Source of the DNA: Bdellovibrionales bacterium
GTDB lineage: Bacteria; Bdellovibrionota; Bdellovibrionia; Bdellovibrionales; UBA1609
DNA length: 15,468 bases
NCBI GenBank assembly: GCA_050246815.1
Contig: JBFWVI010000064.1
Span: 1 to 15,468 of the forward strand
Direction of reading: 5' to 3'
Below are positions 1 through 8,567 of the stretch, one piece after another. Position 1 is the stretch's first letter. The number at the start of each line of letters is the position of its first letter. The position numbers were made by a program, and so were the translations under genes. The notes below the pieces were generated by a model. It did no database searches. It had not been told where the DNA came from and saw only the letters and a list, made by a program, of their open reading frames with translations.

Positions 1-526
1 AGGCGCCGTGGCATTTTTTAAATTTTTTGCCGCTGCCGCAGTGACAAGGATCGTTGCGGCCGATTTTTGGAGTTTCTCGCTGAATCGTTTGTTGCTTTTC
101 ATGATGGTGGTGATGCCCTTCGCCCCCCTTATGTGTGTGCGCGTCACCCGAGACAAACAACCATTGACCGTGTTGCGTTTTACGAAACTCTGAAACTTCA
201 TGGTGCTCGATCGCTTCGCCGTCTTGTTCGTAAGTCGCGACGAATTCCACTGTGCCTTTTTTGTCGCCGACGCCGCCTTTTTTTGTGGAGAGGATTTGCA
301 ATCCCATCCATTTGGATTTTTCAGCCCATACTTGAGTGCTTTTCGAGTCAAAGTCCTGGCGCGATTCAGGCGCCAAGGTCTTTTTGACGTACTCAATGTC
401 ATGGCGTGTGTAAGCCGTATAGCGTGAACGCATTAACTTTTCAGCTGTGTCGGGCTGCCGCACCCCGCTCAAAAATGGGCCACAGCAATTTTCAAAGCTT
501 TCTAAAGATCCGCAGGGGCAGCTCAT
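1..526 (-). CDS. ychJ: YchJ family protein (N-terminal CPCGS motif, NTF2-like middle domain, C-terminal SEC-C motif); stop codon falls off the window edge
   Basis: Manual translation from ATG at 526 (SD GGAGA upstream): [21 protein letters not shown]...[13 protein letters not shown]...GTVEFVATY...HHEVSEFRK...WLFVSG...[22 protein letters not shown], 175 codons. The next codon starts with T at position 1. Not in the ORF track. Confidence 0.93.
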   Translation of the reverse strand, partial: MSCPCGSLESFENCCGPFLSGVRQPDTAEKLMRSRYTAYTRHDIEYVKKTLAPESRQDFDSKSTQVWAEKSKWMGLQILSTKKGGVGDKKGTVEFVATYEQDGEAIEHHEVSEFRKTQHGQWLFVSGDAHTHKGGEGHHHHHEKQQTIQRETPKIGRNDPCHCGSGKKFKKCHGA

Positions 527-659
527 GGTCTTTCTCCACTTGAGTTTTATTTCTCGAGTTACAATTAAATCATATGACCCGGCTGGGCAAGTGAGTTAAG
601 CCCTATTTCTATGAATCCGCTCACGCAAAATAACGGCCCGAGCAAAGCTTGCCTCTTCA

Positions 660-764
660 ATTCGGGACTCAAGACCAATTCGCTCGATTCCAACCTGCAT
701 GGCGGAATCGACTTTTCAACTGCAGATAAAGTCGACCAAAAGGGTAGAAAATGGAGTCCCAATT
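660..764. other. Candidate structured RNA element (outer stem enclosing two hairpins) between crcB and ychJ
   Basis: Inverted repeats GGGACTC 664-670/GAGTCCC 754-760, TCGATTCC 684-691/GGAATCGA 704-711 and TCGACTTT 708-715/AAAGTCGA 728-735. No known family recognised. Confidence 0.3.
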
Positions 765-771
765 TGGAGTT

Positions 772-1152
772 TTAGGTCGGAAATAAAGATCGCGACACAA
801 TCAAACCCGAATACGCCGCAAGCAAGCCCAGCACGATCATCGACGAAACATAAAGTGCTGCCGCCCACCAACGACCTTCCTGCAAAAATAAAATCGTCTC
901 CAAGCTAAAGGCTGAAAAGGTCGTGTAGCCACCCAAGAAGCCTGTCGTTAAAATCAGAATGATTTGCGGGTCCATGCGTCCAGCCCCATAGCCATGCAAA
1001 AAACCGATTAAAGTGGAACCCAAGACATTAACCGTCAATGTGGCGAGCCCTGGAGCGGCAAAAGACGAGCTCACCCAGACCCCACTGGCATAGCGCGCCA
1101 AAGTTCCGGCAAAGCCGGCCGCTCCGATCATCAGGGCAAACGGTAAGTTCAT
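772..1152 (-). CDS. crcB: Fluoride efflux channel CrcB/FluC
   Basis: 126 aa with four hydrophobic segments. Motifs GTLARY, TLTVNVLGS and TTGFLGGYTTFSAF. Confidence 0.96.
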   Translation of the reverse strand: MNLPFALMIGAAGFAGTLARYASGVWVSSSFAAPGLATLTVNVLGSTLIGFLHGYGAGRMDPQIILILTTGFLGGYTTFSAFSLETILFLQEGRWWAAALYVSSMIVLGLLAAYSGLIVSRSLFPT

Positions 1153-1158
1153 GAGCTT

Positions 1159-1187
1159 AGACTAACCCTGGCGTGGCAAAAGCGCAA
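1159..1187 (-). promoter_or_regulatory. Putative sigma70 promoter for crcB (probably leaderless transcript)
   Basis: Minus strand TTGCGC-17 nt-TAGTCT-6 nt-ATG, with no SD. Confidence 0.45.
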
Positions 1188-1271
1188 ACCCGACGTTTGT
1201 CCAGCTTGTCTGACCTTGCGTTTAAACAAACTTTATAAAGTCTGAGGCATTTTTTGTCGATGGAGGGATAG

Positions 1272-2345
1272 ATGAGCTCCGCAAAAACAAATACTATTTG
1301 TGTGATAGACGACAATGAAGAGTTCAACGCCCTGCTTTGCGCCACTTTGATGGAAATGGGCTATGAAATTCTCTCTTACCCCTCGGCCGTTCACTTTTTG
1401 GATTCTGGCCAATGCGCCTCAAAGAACTATGACTTGATCATCACTGATGTGAATATGCCTGGCATGACCGGCCACGAACTTTGTCGCCGCATACGAGCCG
1501 AACATGGTGAGGAGCATATTCCCATCATTATGCTCACGGGCAATGATGTCGTGAGTGAAAAGGCTTTAGGACTGAATGTCGGTGCGGATGATTTTATCCA
1601 AAAGCCATTTCGCAGCCAAGATTTGTTGGCCAAAATTCAGTCCTTACTGAAAATCCACGCCCAATCGCAGGCAAAGGTCGGCCGCTTAAGTCGCTTTATC
1701 TCACCCAATATCGCCGACCTGGTGCTTTCTGATCCCAAACAAAAGGCGCTCGCCCCCCACCGCGCTGAAGTCACAGTGATGTTCATCGACCTTCGCGCCT
1801 TCACTGCATTTTCTGAGCGGGCCGAACCTGAAGAAGTTATGCAGGTTCTTAACCGCTACTACACGGCCGTGGGTAACGCCGCCGTCAAACACCACGCAAC
1901 ATTGGGGCATCTGGCCGGCGACGGCATCATGTTGTTTTTAAATGATCCCACTCCGATCCCCAACCATCAAATGGTGGGGGTTCACCTTGCTCTTGAAATA
2001 CGTGAGGCCTTGGCCCCGCAAGTGGAGCTCTGGGAAAAAAGAAATTACCAAATCGATTTTGGCATTGGTTTAGCCGAGGGCTATGCCACCATGGGCGGAA
2101 TCGGCTTTGAACAATTTTGGCAGTATTCAGTGATCGGACCTGTCGCCAACTTTGCTTCGCGCCTGTGCTCCACCGCGGACCACGGACAAATCTTGGTTTC
2201 GCGCCGCTTTCTTGAACGAATGGACCCCAGCCAGATTGAAACCGAAGTGATCGGCGCCATTTCGCTAAAGGGAATTCCGACCCCGGTTGACGTCCACAAC
2301 GTACTCTCCTTGGATGAAACGAAACAAGCCGCCAAAATCTCTTGA
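1272..2345 (+). CDS. Response regulator receiver domain fused to a class III adenylate/guanylate cyclase
   Basis: REC motifs IDDN, ITDVNMPG, LTG, KPF. Cyclase motifs FIDLRAFT, AGDGIM, GIGLAEG, YSVIGPVANFASR. SD GGAGG at 1262-1266. Confidence 0.93.
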   Translation: MSSAKTNTICVIDDNEEFNALLCATLMEMGYEILSYPSAVHFLDSGQCASKNYDLIITDVNMPGMTGHELCRRIRAEHGEEHIPIIMLTGNDVVSEKALGLNVGADDFIQKPFRSQDLLAKIQSLLKIHAQSQAKVGRLSRFISPNIADLVLSDPKQKALAPHRAEVTVMFIDLRAFTAFSERAEPEEVMQVLNRYYTAVGNAAVKHHATLGHLAGDGIMLFLNDPTPIPNHQMVGVHLALEIREALAPQVELWEKRNYQIDFGIGLAEGYATMGGIGFEQFWQYSVIGPVANFASRLCSTADHGQILVSRRFLERMDPSQIETEVIGAISLKGIPTPVDVHNVLSLDETKQAAKIS

Positions 2346-2350
2346 CCCGA

Positions 2351-2379
2351 TTGACTCCCGCCTTGGCCTCGCGCATCTT
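2351..2379 (+). promoter_or_regulatory. Putative sigma70 promoter upstream of the Kef antiporter gene
   Basis: TTGACT-17 nt-CATCTT. Confidence 0.35.
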
Positions 2380-2477
2380 GGCATCACGGCACAAAAAAAT
2401 TAATCCCACGGAGATTGTCATGGCGACCACTGGCCAACGAGTACTCGCATTCGGCGATCAAAAAATGGAGTTTCGCT

Positions 2478-4295
2478 ATGAGCGCTGATGTGGCAGGTCA
2501 TGACCTGTTGAAAGTGGTCACCTTGCTCGGATCTGCCGTTGTGATGGTCCCGCTCTTTAGGCGCCTGGGTCTGGGCTCGGTTTTAGGCTACTTGATCGCA
2601 GGGCTTTTGATTGGTCCCTTTGGCCTAAAATGGTTCACTGACTCTCAAGCGATTTTGCATGTGGCAGAGCTCGGCGTGGTGATGTTCCTTTTTGTGATCG
2701 GTCTTGAAATGCGCCCCTCGCACCTGTGGAGCATGCGACAAGATATTTTTGGCCTCGGTTCACTGCAGATTTTAGTTTGCGCCACACTGTTGACCCTGCT
2801 GGGCCTGGGCTTTGGTTATCCCCTGACCGTGTCATTCATCGGCAGCATGGGCTTTGTACTGACGTCCACCGCGATCGTGATGCAACTTTTAAACGAGAGG
2901 GGTGACATCGCTCTTCCACACGGTCAGAAAATTGTTTCTATTTTGCTATTTGAAGATTTACTGATTGTTCCTCTGCTTGCTTTGGTGGCACTGATGTCGA
3001 CAGGAGCTGAAAATGCACATGCCGGGTCACGCTGGATGGACATCGGTATAGCCGTGGCCTCTATCTCCGTTTTGACTGCAGCGGGCCTTTGGCTGCTTAA
3101 TCCTTTGTTCCGAATTTTAGCTTTTGCCCGCGCACGCGAGGTCATGACAGCCGCCGCGCTTTTGGTGGTACTTGGATCCGCACTGCTTATGCAAATCAGC
3201 GGTTTGTCAATGGCGATGGGTGCTTTTTTAGCTGGTGTGCTGCTGGCTGAGTCTTCTTTCCGCCACCAGATTGAGGCTGATATAGAACCCTTTCGCGGCA
3301 TTTTGCTTGGATTGTTTTTTATCGGTGTCGGCATGACTCTCAACTTGGATCTGGTGGCAGCCAATTGGCTGCTAATCGTGGTTGGCGTGGTGGCGATGAT
3401 GCTGACGAAGGGATTTTGCATTTACGTCGTCGCCCGCTTCACCGGCGCGACGAATCTGCAGGCCTGGGACCGCACCTCGATGATGGCTCAAGGCGGCGAG
3501 TTTGCTTTTGTTCTGTACACCGCGGCCGCCAGCGCGGGGATTATTGACGGCATCGTCAATGCCAACCTGACCGCGATTGTCGTCTTGTCGATGGCTCTTA
3601 CGCCTTTGGTGGTCTTGCTTTATCGGCGTTTGGCCCCTAAACCCGCGCTCTCTAAAGATGGCGTCGAAGATGCCAACGGCTTAACTGGCAGTGTGCTGAT
3701 GATCGGTTTTGGGCGCTTCGGCCAAGTGCTCAGCCAATTGTTACTGGCGCGAAACGTCGACGTGACCATTATCGATTCCGACGCAGACATGATACGCAGT
3801 GCCAGTAAATTCGGTTTTAAAATTTATTTCGGCGATGGCTCGCGCCTGGATGTGCTTCGTGCCTCAGGTGCTCACAACGCCCGTGCCATCGCGGTCTGCG
3901 TCGACAACAAGGCCGCGGCCACCCGTATCGCAGAATTGATTAAAAGCGAATTTCCACAGGCCAAGCTGTTGGTGCGCGCCTATGATCGAATACACTCTCG
4001 CGAGCTGATTAAATCCGGTGTCGACTTTCAAATCCGCGAAACTTTTGAATCTGCAATTTTGTTTGGCGAAGCCACCTTACGTGAAATCGGCGTGTCCGAA
4101 GAAGAGATCTCGACAATTGCAGCCGACATTCGTCGCCGTGACAACGAACGATTGCAGTTGGAAATCGCCGGCGGAACCGGCGCGGGTCGCACTTTGATGC
4201 ACGGAAATATGCCACAAAAACCCACGCCCTTGGTCGAGCCCAAGCGTGAACCACAACCATTGAGCAGTGGCACTGCAGATGCCGTGAAAATTTAG
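2478..4295 (+). CDS. kefB: KefB/KefC-type potassium efflux antiporter (CPA2 family with KTN/RCK domain)
   Basis: Multi-TM N-terminal domain (LGLGSVLGYLIAG, AELGVVMFLFVIGLE), regulatory loop RHQIEADIEPFRG, QGGEFAFV, and KTN motifs GFGRFGQ and RETFESA. Start moved to ATG 2478 because of SD GGAG at 2467-2470. kefB versus kefC cannot be distinguished by eye. Confidence 0.92.
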   Translation: MSADVAGHDLLKVVTLLGSAVVMVPLFRRLGLGSVLGYLIAGLLIGPFGLKWFTDSQAILHVAELGVVMFLFVIGLEMRPSHLWSMRQDIFGLGSLQILVCATLLTLLGLGFGYPLTVSFIGSMGFVLTSTAIVMQLLNERGDIALPHGQKIVSILLFEDLLIVPLLALVALMSTGAENAHAGSRWMDIGIAVASISVLTAAGLWLLNPLFRILAFARAREVMTAAALLVVLGSALLMQISGLSMAMGAFLAGVLLAESSFRHQIEADIEPFRGILLGLFFIGVGMTLNLDLVAANWLLIVVGVVAMMLTKGFCIYVVARFTGATNLQAWDRTSMMAQGGEFAFVLYTAAASAGIIDGIVNANLTAIVVLSMALTPLVVLLYRRLAPKPALSKDGVEDANGLTGSVLMIGFGRFGQVLSQLLLARNVDVTIIDSDADMIRSASKFGFKIYFGDGSRLDVLRASGAHNARAIAVCVDNKAAATRIAELIKSEFPQAKLLVRAYDRIHSRELIKSGVDFQIRETFESAILFGEATLREIGVSEEEISTIAADIRRRDNERLQLEIAGGTGAGRTLMHGNMPQKPTPLVEPKREPQPLSSGTADAVKI

Positions 4296-4371
4296 AACAC
4301 TCGATGCTGAGCGCAACTGTTGATCTTCGCGACGGTTTGATTCACTCTTTCTATCTTTAAGGGGGTTCACG

Positions 4372-4953
4372 ATGAAAAAATTAATTCTTGGTACTGCGGT
4401 TTTGTTTACGGCAGTCGCCTTCGCTGCAGATCCAACGACGACGACAGCCAATACTCCACCTCAGTGGATGAAATACACCACTCCCGCAGAAGGTCACAAA
4501 GCCGTGAAAGACTTAACCGGCAAATTCAACTACACCATGAAATGGTGGGCCTCGGCCACAGCGACCCCCGAACTATCCAAAGGAACCAGTCGAAACAAAT
4601 GGGTTTTGGGCGATCGCTATTTGCAACAAGAAGTCAAAGGCACCGCCATGGGACAGCCCTTTAATGGCATTGGCTTTTTAGCTTTCGACAACTTCCGCGG
4701 CGAGTACCAATCGATTTGGATGGATGACATGAGCACTTCGATCCTGAACACCTCAGGCAAAATGGACCCCGCCACTAAAGCTATTACTCAAACCGGTACA
4801 GCTTCAGATCCGATGAAGGGCGACAAAAATGCTTGGTTTCGTACCGAACTGAAATTGATCGGCAAAAACGAACATATTTATGAAATGTACTCCAAGGGCA
4901 CGGACGGCAAAGAGTTCAAGTCCATGGAGATCAATTACAAGCGCGCTCAATAG
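4372..4953 (+). CDS. Secreted DUF1579-domain protein
   Basis: Signal peptide ending AVAFA. Motifs PAEGHK, LGDRYLQQE, GQPFNGIG, YQSIWMDDMST, KSMEINYKR. SD AAGGGGG. Confidence 0.85.
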   Translation: MKKLILGTAVLFTAVAFAADPTTTTANTPPQWMKYTTPAEGHKAVKDLTGKFNYTMKWWASATATPELSKGTSRNKWVLGDRYLQQEVKGTAMGQPFNGIGFLAFDNFRGEYQSIWMDDMSTSILNTSGKMDPATKAITQTGTASDPMKGDKNAWFRTELKLIGKNEHIYEMYSKGTDGKEFKSMEINYKRAQ

Positions 4954-4959
4954 AACAAA

Positions 4960-5820
4960 ATGAGTGTCCGCTTTGCACCCTCGCCCACCGGAGCTTTTCA
5001 TGTTGGCAACTTCCGCACCGCCTGGATTTCATTTCAGTGGGCGCGGCTGCTGCGCCAACCCTGGGTCGTGCGATTTGAAGACATCGACACGCCCCGGGTG
5101 GTGGCGGGCAGTCAACAGCAACAATTGGATGAGATGTTGCAACTGGGTCTAAAACCAGACCGTGTCTTAAAACAAAGTGAGCGACGCCAACGGCACTGGC
5201 AGCTCTTTCAAACCGCTTTGCAGCAGAAGATGATCTACCCCTGCCATTGCTCACGCAAAGAAGTATTGGCCAGCCTGGCGTCAGCCCCTCATGGCAAAGA
5301 GGCCGTTTATTCAGGGCGCTGTCGGCATGGCACTCTTGACACCCCTTCTGGCCCCAGCATCGCCTGGCGATTTTGCACACCTGAAGTCGATGGGCGCGGC
5401 GACTTTATCATCGCACGCACCTCACCTGACGGCAGTGAAGCCTCGTTTGTGCCCGCTTATCATTGGGCATGCGCCGTTGATGACTGGGAAGAGGGCCATA
5501 AGCTGCTCGTACGGGCTTGGGATTTGGCGGACGCGACCACCGTGCAAAGACATTTGCAAAAATGGCTGCGCGGCAACGAAGATAAGCCGCTTCCAGCGGT
5601 TTATCACACCGCTTTAGTGACTCTCAACAACGGCCAACGCCTTGAAAAGCGCACGGCCAATGTCACTTGGCAAGAGCTCAATGGCTTGGGATTTGGCCCG
5701 TCAAAATTACAGAAAATTTTCAGTGAGAGCTTTTCTGCCCACTTCGAAGAATTTGAATACGCGAAGGTTTGGGGCGAGATTCGGCGCAGTGTTTCGCTGG
5801 ACGAACTAGGCTTCACCTGA
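4960..5820 (+). CDS. gluQ: Glutamyl-queuosine tRNA(Asp) synthetase-like protein (GluRS catalytic domain only)
   Basis: RFAPSPTG, HVGN (HIGH), RFEDID, Zn motif CHCSR...YSGRC, AYHWACAVDD, RLEKR (KMSKS equivalent). 286 aa with no anticodon-binding domain. Confidence 0.85.
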   Translation: MSVRFAPSPTGAFHVGNFRTAWISFQWARLLRQPWVVRFEDIDTPRVVAGSQQQQLDEMLQLGLKPDRVLKQSERRQRHWQLFQTALQQKMIYPCHCSRKEVLASLASAPHGKEAVYSGRCRHGTLDTPSGPSIAWRFCTPEVDGRGDFIIARTSPDGSEASFVPAYHWACAVDDWEEGHKLLVRAWDLADATTVQRHLQKWLRGNEDKPLPAVYHTALVTLNNGQRLEKRTANVTWQELNGLGFGPSKLQKIFSESFSAHFEEFEYAKVWGEIRRSVSLDELGFT

Positions 5821-5838
5821 ACTCCAAATCCGCGAGCC

Positions 5839-5868
5839 AGGCCCAGCAATCCTTAAGGCTGGGTTTTA
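5839..5868 (+). terminator. Putative intrinsic terminator after gluQ
   Basis: Stem GCCCAGC 5841-5847/GCTGGGT 5858-5864 followed by a short T run. Confidence 0.45.
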
Positions 5869-5881
5869 TGCGCCGCTCTTA

Positions 5882-5911
5882 TTGTCTTTCACATTTGCTT
5901 TAAGATAGAAT
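5882..5911 (+). promoter_or_regulatory. Putative sigma70 promoter for the FHA-phosphatase gene (probably leaderless)
   Basis: TTGTCT-18 nt-TAGAAT-6 nt-ATG 5918, with no SD. Confidence 0.45.
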
Positions 5912-5917
5912 CAGCCA

Positions 5918-7102
5918 ATGTCCAACACCGCTGACGATGACAACAACACCGGCGACAAGACCAACGTCGTACGCGGCGACAATCTGAGGGCCGTGGACCC
6001 AAATCAAAAGCTACCCCCTTGCCTGGTTTTGTTGGTGGGGCCGCCCGACTATTTGGGACGCCAATGGCTCATCGACAAACCCAGCGTGACCATTGGACGC
6101 AATGTGAACGCGGGCATTCATGTCAGTGAAAACAGCTTAAGTAAAATTCACGCTCGAGTTGAGCTGAATAACAACCATGTCACCATTGTCGATTTAGGCT
6201 CCACCAACAAAACCCAAATCAACAGCGAACAGCTGACGCCCCACCAAGCGTACCAATTGAAAAACAACGATCAGATTCGCACAGGCGACTTGGTGTTTAA
6301 ATTTTTAGAACGCGGCATTTTATCTGAAACTAAAGAAAAAGCGCGCATGCAGTCCGAGCTTGAAACCGCACGCTCTGTGCAAGCCTCACTACTGCCTCAA
6401 AATCCCAATGCTCGCTATCAATGGGTCGAAATCGGAGGCCGCTACTTACCCGCAAGCGAATTGGGCGGCGATTGGTGGTGGCACTGGTCCACCAACCGAA
6501 AAGCTTTTGCAATTTTGGGTGATGCCACTGGGCACGGAGCTGCCGCGGGGCTGATCACCAGCGCTGCACGATCGGCCATGGCCACGCTGGAAGATGATGA
6601 CTCTATCGGTATCGAAAAAGTTTACACGACATTGTCACGAGCCATTCACAAGTGTGCGGCCGGCAAGCTTGCGATGAGTGCTTTTATCATTGAAGTGGAT
6701 TTGTTCACTAAAAATTTGCGCTACATCAACGCCAGCCATTTGCCGGCGGTCTCTTTGCCCCCCGAGACTTCGGGCCTCAGTTGGAATAAGCTCGATTTTA
6801 TTTCAGACCCGCGCTCTCCTCTTTTGGGCGCACCCGAACAAGATTTTGCCGTTGGCGAGGGCGATATCAACCCACCAACCCGCCTTCTGCTTTTAACGGA
6901 CGGCTTGACGGAACGTTTGGACTTACAAAAGAACGCGCTCAATGAACGCGCTTTTTACACTATGTTGGTTGAAGCCCATAGCGCGCACCCCACCGATCAA
7001 AACGCGTTTTTAACTTTGCTGTTGAACATGTCCAATGAGAAGGCGCAGTCCGCGCCTTTGGCCGATGACATCACCTTGGTCGCCTTAGACTTTACAGAAT
7101 GA
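5918..7102 (+). CDS. FHA domain plus SpoIIE/PP2C-family Ser/Thr phosphatase
   Basis: FHA motifs IGR, SLSKIHA, DLGSTN. Linker ELETARSVQASLLP. PP2C motifs GGDWW, GDATGHG, NASH, TDGLTE, DDITLV. Confidence 0.93.
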   Translation: MSNTADDDNNTGDKTNVVRGDNLRAVDPNQKLPPCLVLLVGPPDYLGRQWLIDKPSVTIGRNVNAGIHVSENSLSKIHARVELNNNHVTIVDLGSTNKTQINSEQLTPHQAYQLKNNDQIRTGDLVFKFLERGILSETKEKARMQSELETARSVQASLLPQNPNARYQWVEIGGRYLPASELGGDWWWHWSTNRKAFAILGDATGHGAAAGLITSAARSAMATLEDDDSIGIEKVYTTLSRAIHKCAAGKLAMSAFIIEVDLFTKNLRYINASHLPAVSLPPETSGLSWNKLDFISDPRSPLLGAPEQDFAVGEGDINPPTRLLLLTDGLTERLDLQKNALNERAFYTMLVEAHSAHPTDQNAFLTLLLNMSNEKAQSAPLADDITLVALDFTE

Positions 7103-7279
7103 CTTCAAAGTCTTTCGTTCACACACAACAAAGGATCACACATGAATCAGAAGTTAAAATGTTTCCTTATCATGGCTGCGGCAAAATGCAGAACCCCTTT
7201 GGCTGGATGCCGGTGGCCATGTCTTTGCTCGCCAAAATGGGGCGACCGCAGAAATCTGATAAATTAGATGGCTTGCTGG

Positions 7280-8119
7280 TTAACGTACATCCATGTGCAC
7301 GGAATCACAGACAAACTGATAGCCAATATTCTGATAAATTTTATTCGAAGTCGGATTATTCATGTCGGTGTAGAGATTTGTTTCTATTTTGCCTTGATCT
7401 AAAAAATGCTTTGTCAGCAGAGCAGTAATAACACTGCCATAGCCATTTTTTCGCCAGGGCTTGGGCGTGAACACCAAGTTAATCGAGCAAGACGACTCAA
7501 TATCACGGCCCCAGCCAGCCATGGCCACAAGCCTTCCTTTTTTCTCCAGCACATAGATCATACCCTTTTTAATCTTCGCCTCGGCCAGCTCTTGCCCACT
7601 CACTGGGGGGTCGTGGGGTAGGGCCTCGCGATGAAAATCCTCGATCCACGTTCCAATCTTGTCGACATCGCGTAAACCTGCAGGCCGAAACTTGATATCC
7701 TGAGGCACGCCAGGCACCCACACTCTCGAACAGCGATAAATGCCCTGGGCCACGTTGATTTTTATTTTGTGCCCGGCCGCTTCAAACAAACCTTTATAAA
7801 GAGTGGCGGTCTTAAGCTCGCCTACGATACCCGTGATTGGAAGGTTGGCCTTTTGAAACCCCGCGAACAGTTCTTGGGCGTGAGCAGGATCTTGCACTTG
7901 CGTCGGCAAAAAATTGCGATTGGTGCGATAGCGACTGCACACCAAAGCGCCCAACAACTGTTCTTTTTGAAACAGTGCACTTTGATAGACCCAGTCCGTC
8001 GCATCCGCACAAAAGTGAAGTGATAAGCCCAAACATAAACTGTGCTTGGCCTCTTCGCGCTTCAGCCATGGCGCCACCTCAGCCCAGAAACGTTTAGGAT
8101 CTTTGTAAATTTTCAGCAT
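7280..8119 (-). CDS. GNAT family N-acetyltransferase (two-domain)
   Basis: Acetyl-CoA motif VFTPKPWRKNGYGS and LYTDMNNPTSNKIYQNIGY. Start at ATG 8119 preferred because AGGTG lies 6 nt upstream; GTG 8128 is the alternative. Confidence 0.9.
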   Translation of the reverse strand: MLKIYKDPKRFWAEVAPWLKREEAKHSLCLGLSLHFCADATDWVYQSALFQKEQLLGALVCSRYRTNRNFLPTQVQDPAHAQELFAGFQKANLPITGIVGELKTATLYKGLFEAAGHKIKINVAQGIYRCSRVWVPGVPQDIKFRPAGLRDVDKIGTWIEDFHREALPHDPPVSGQELAEAKIKKGMIYVLEKKGRLVAMAGWGRDIESSCSINLVFTPKPWRKNGYGSVITALLTKHFLDQGKIETNLYTDMNNPTSNKIYQNIGYQFVCDSVHMDVR

Positions 8120-8187
8120 ATCGCACACCTAGCCTTCTATTTAATTTGAGACTAGGAATTCAAGCAAGAACCGCGTAAGATGGGCCC

Positions 8188-8547
8188 GTGAAAAATGAAA
8201 CAAATTGCCCCCAATGCCAATCAGAAAATATCTACCAAGATGGCAACCTTTGGATTTGCCCCGAATGTGCCCATGAGTGGAGCCCCTTTTCGCCCGCAAA
8301 AACCGAAACCGTTGAACCCGCGGACGATGGCGTGATTCGCGACGCCAACGGCACGCCTTTAGCCAATGGCGATTCGGTGACCGTGATTAAAGAGCTGAAA
8401 ATAAAAGGCGCCTCATCCGTCGTCAAAGTTGGCACCAAGGTCAAAAATATCCGTCTTGTGGATGGCGGTGATGGCCACGATATCGCCTGCAAAATCGACG
8501 GCCTGGGTGCAATCAACTTAAAGTCCGAATTTGTTCGTAAGGCCTGA
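8188..8547 (+). CDS. yjdM: Zinc-ribbon protein YjdM (PhnA family)
   Basis: CPQC...[55 protein letters not shown]. Confidence 0.95.
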   Translation: MKNETNCPQCQSENIYQDGNLWICPECAHEWSPFSPAKTETVEPADDGVIRDANGTPLANGDSVTVIKELKIKGASSVVKVGTKVKNIRLVDGGDGHDIACKIDGLGAINLKSEFVRKA

Positions 8548-8567
8548 GCACCACCCATGGCCAGGGG

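Noticed and set aside
8..427. Plus-strand ORFs at the window start
   Set aside because: They are antisense to the clear ychJ frame.
1236..1263. Sigma28-like promoter TAAA-N16-GTCGATGG before the cyclase
   Set aside because: Imperfect match and spacing, and the implied start site would exclude the SD.
1153..1271. Fluoride riboswitch upstream of crcB
   Set aside because: No GGNGATGGNGTTCNCC or TGATGACNCCT elements on the minus strand, and the gene looks leaderless.
762..5829. AACTCCAAAT at or just after the stop codons of both crcB and gluQ
   Set aside because: Only a 10-mer in two copies with no further similarity, so it is consistent with chance.
7099..7428. 109-aa ORF after the phosphatase
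   Set aside because: It overlaps the GNAT 3' end on the opposite strand and has no recognisable features.
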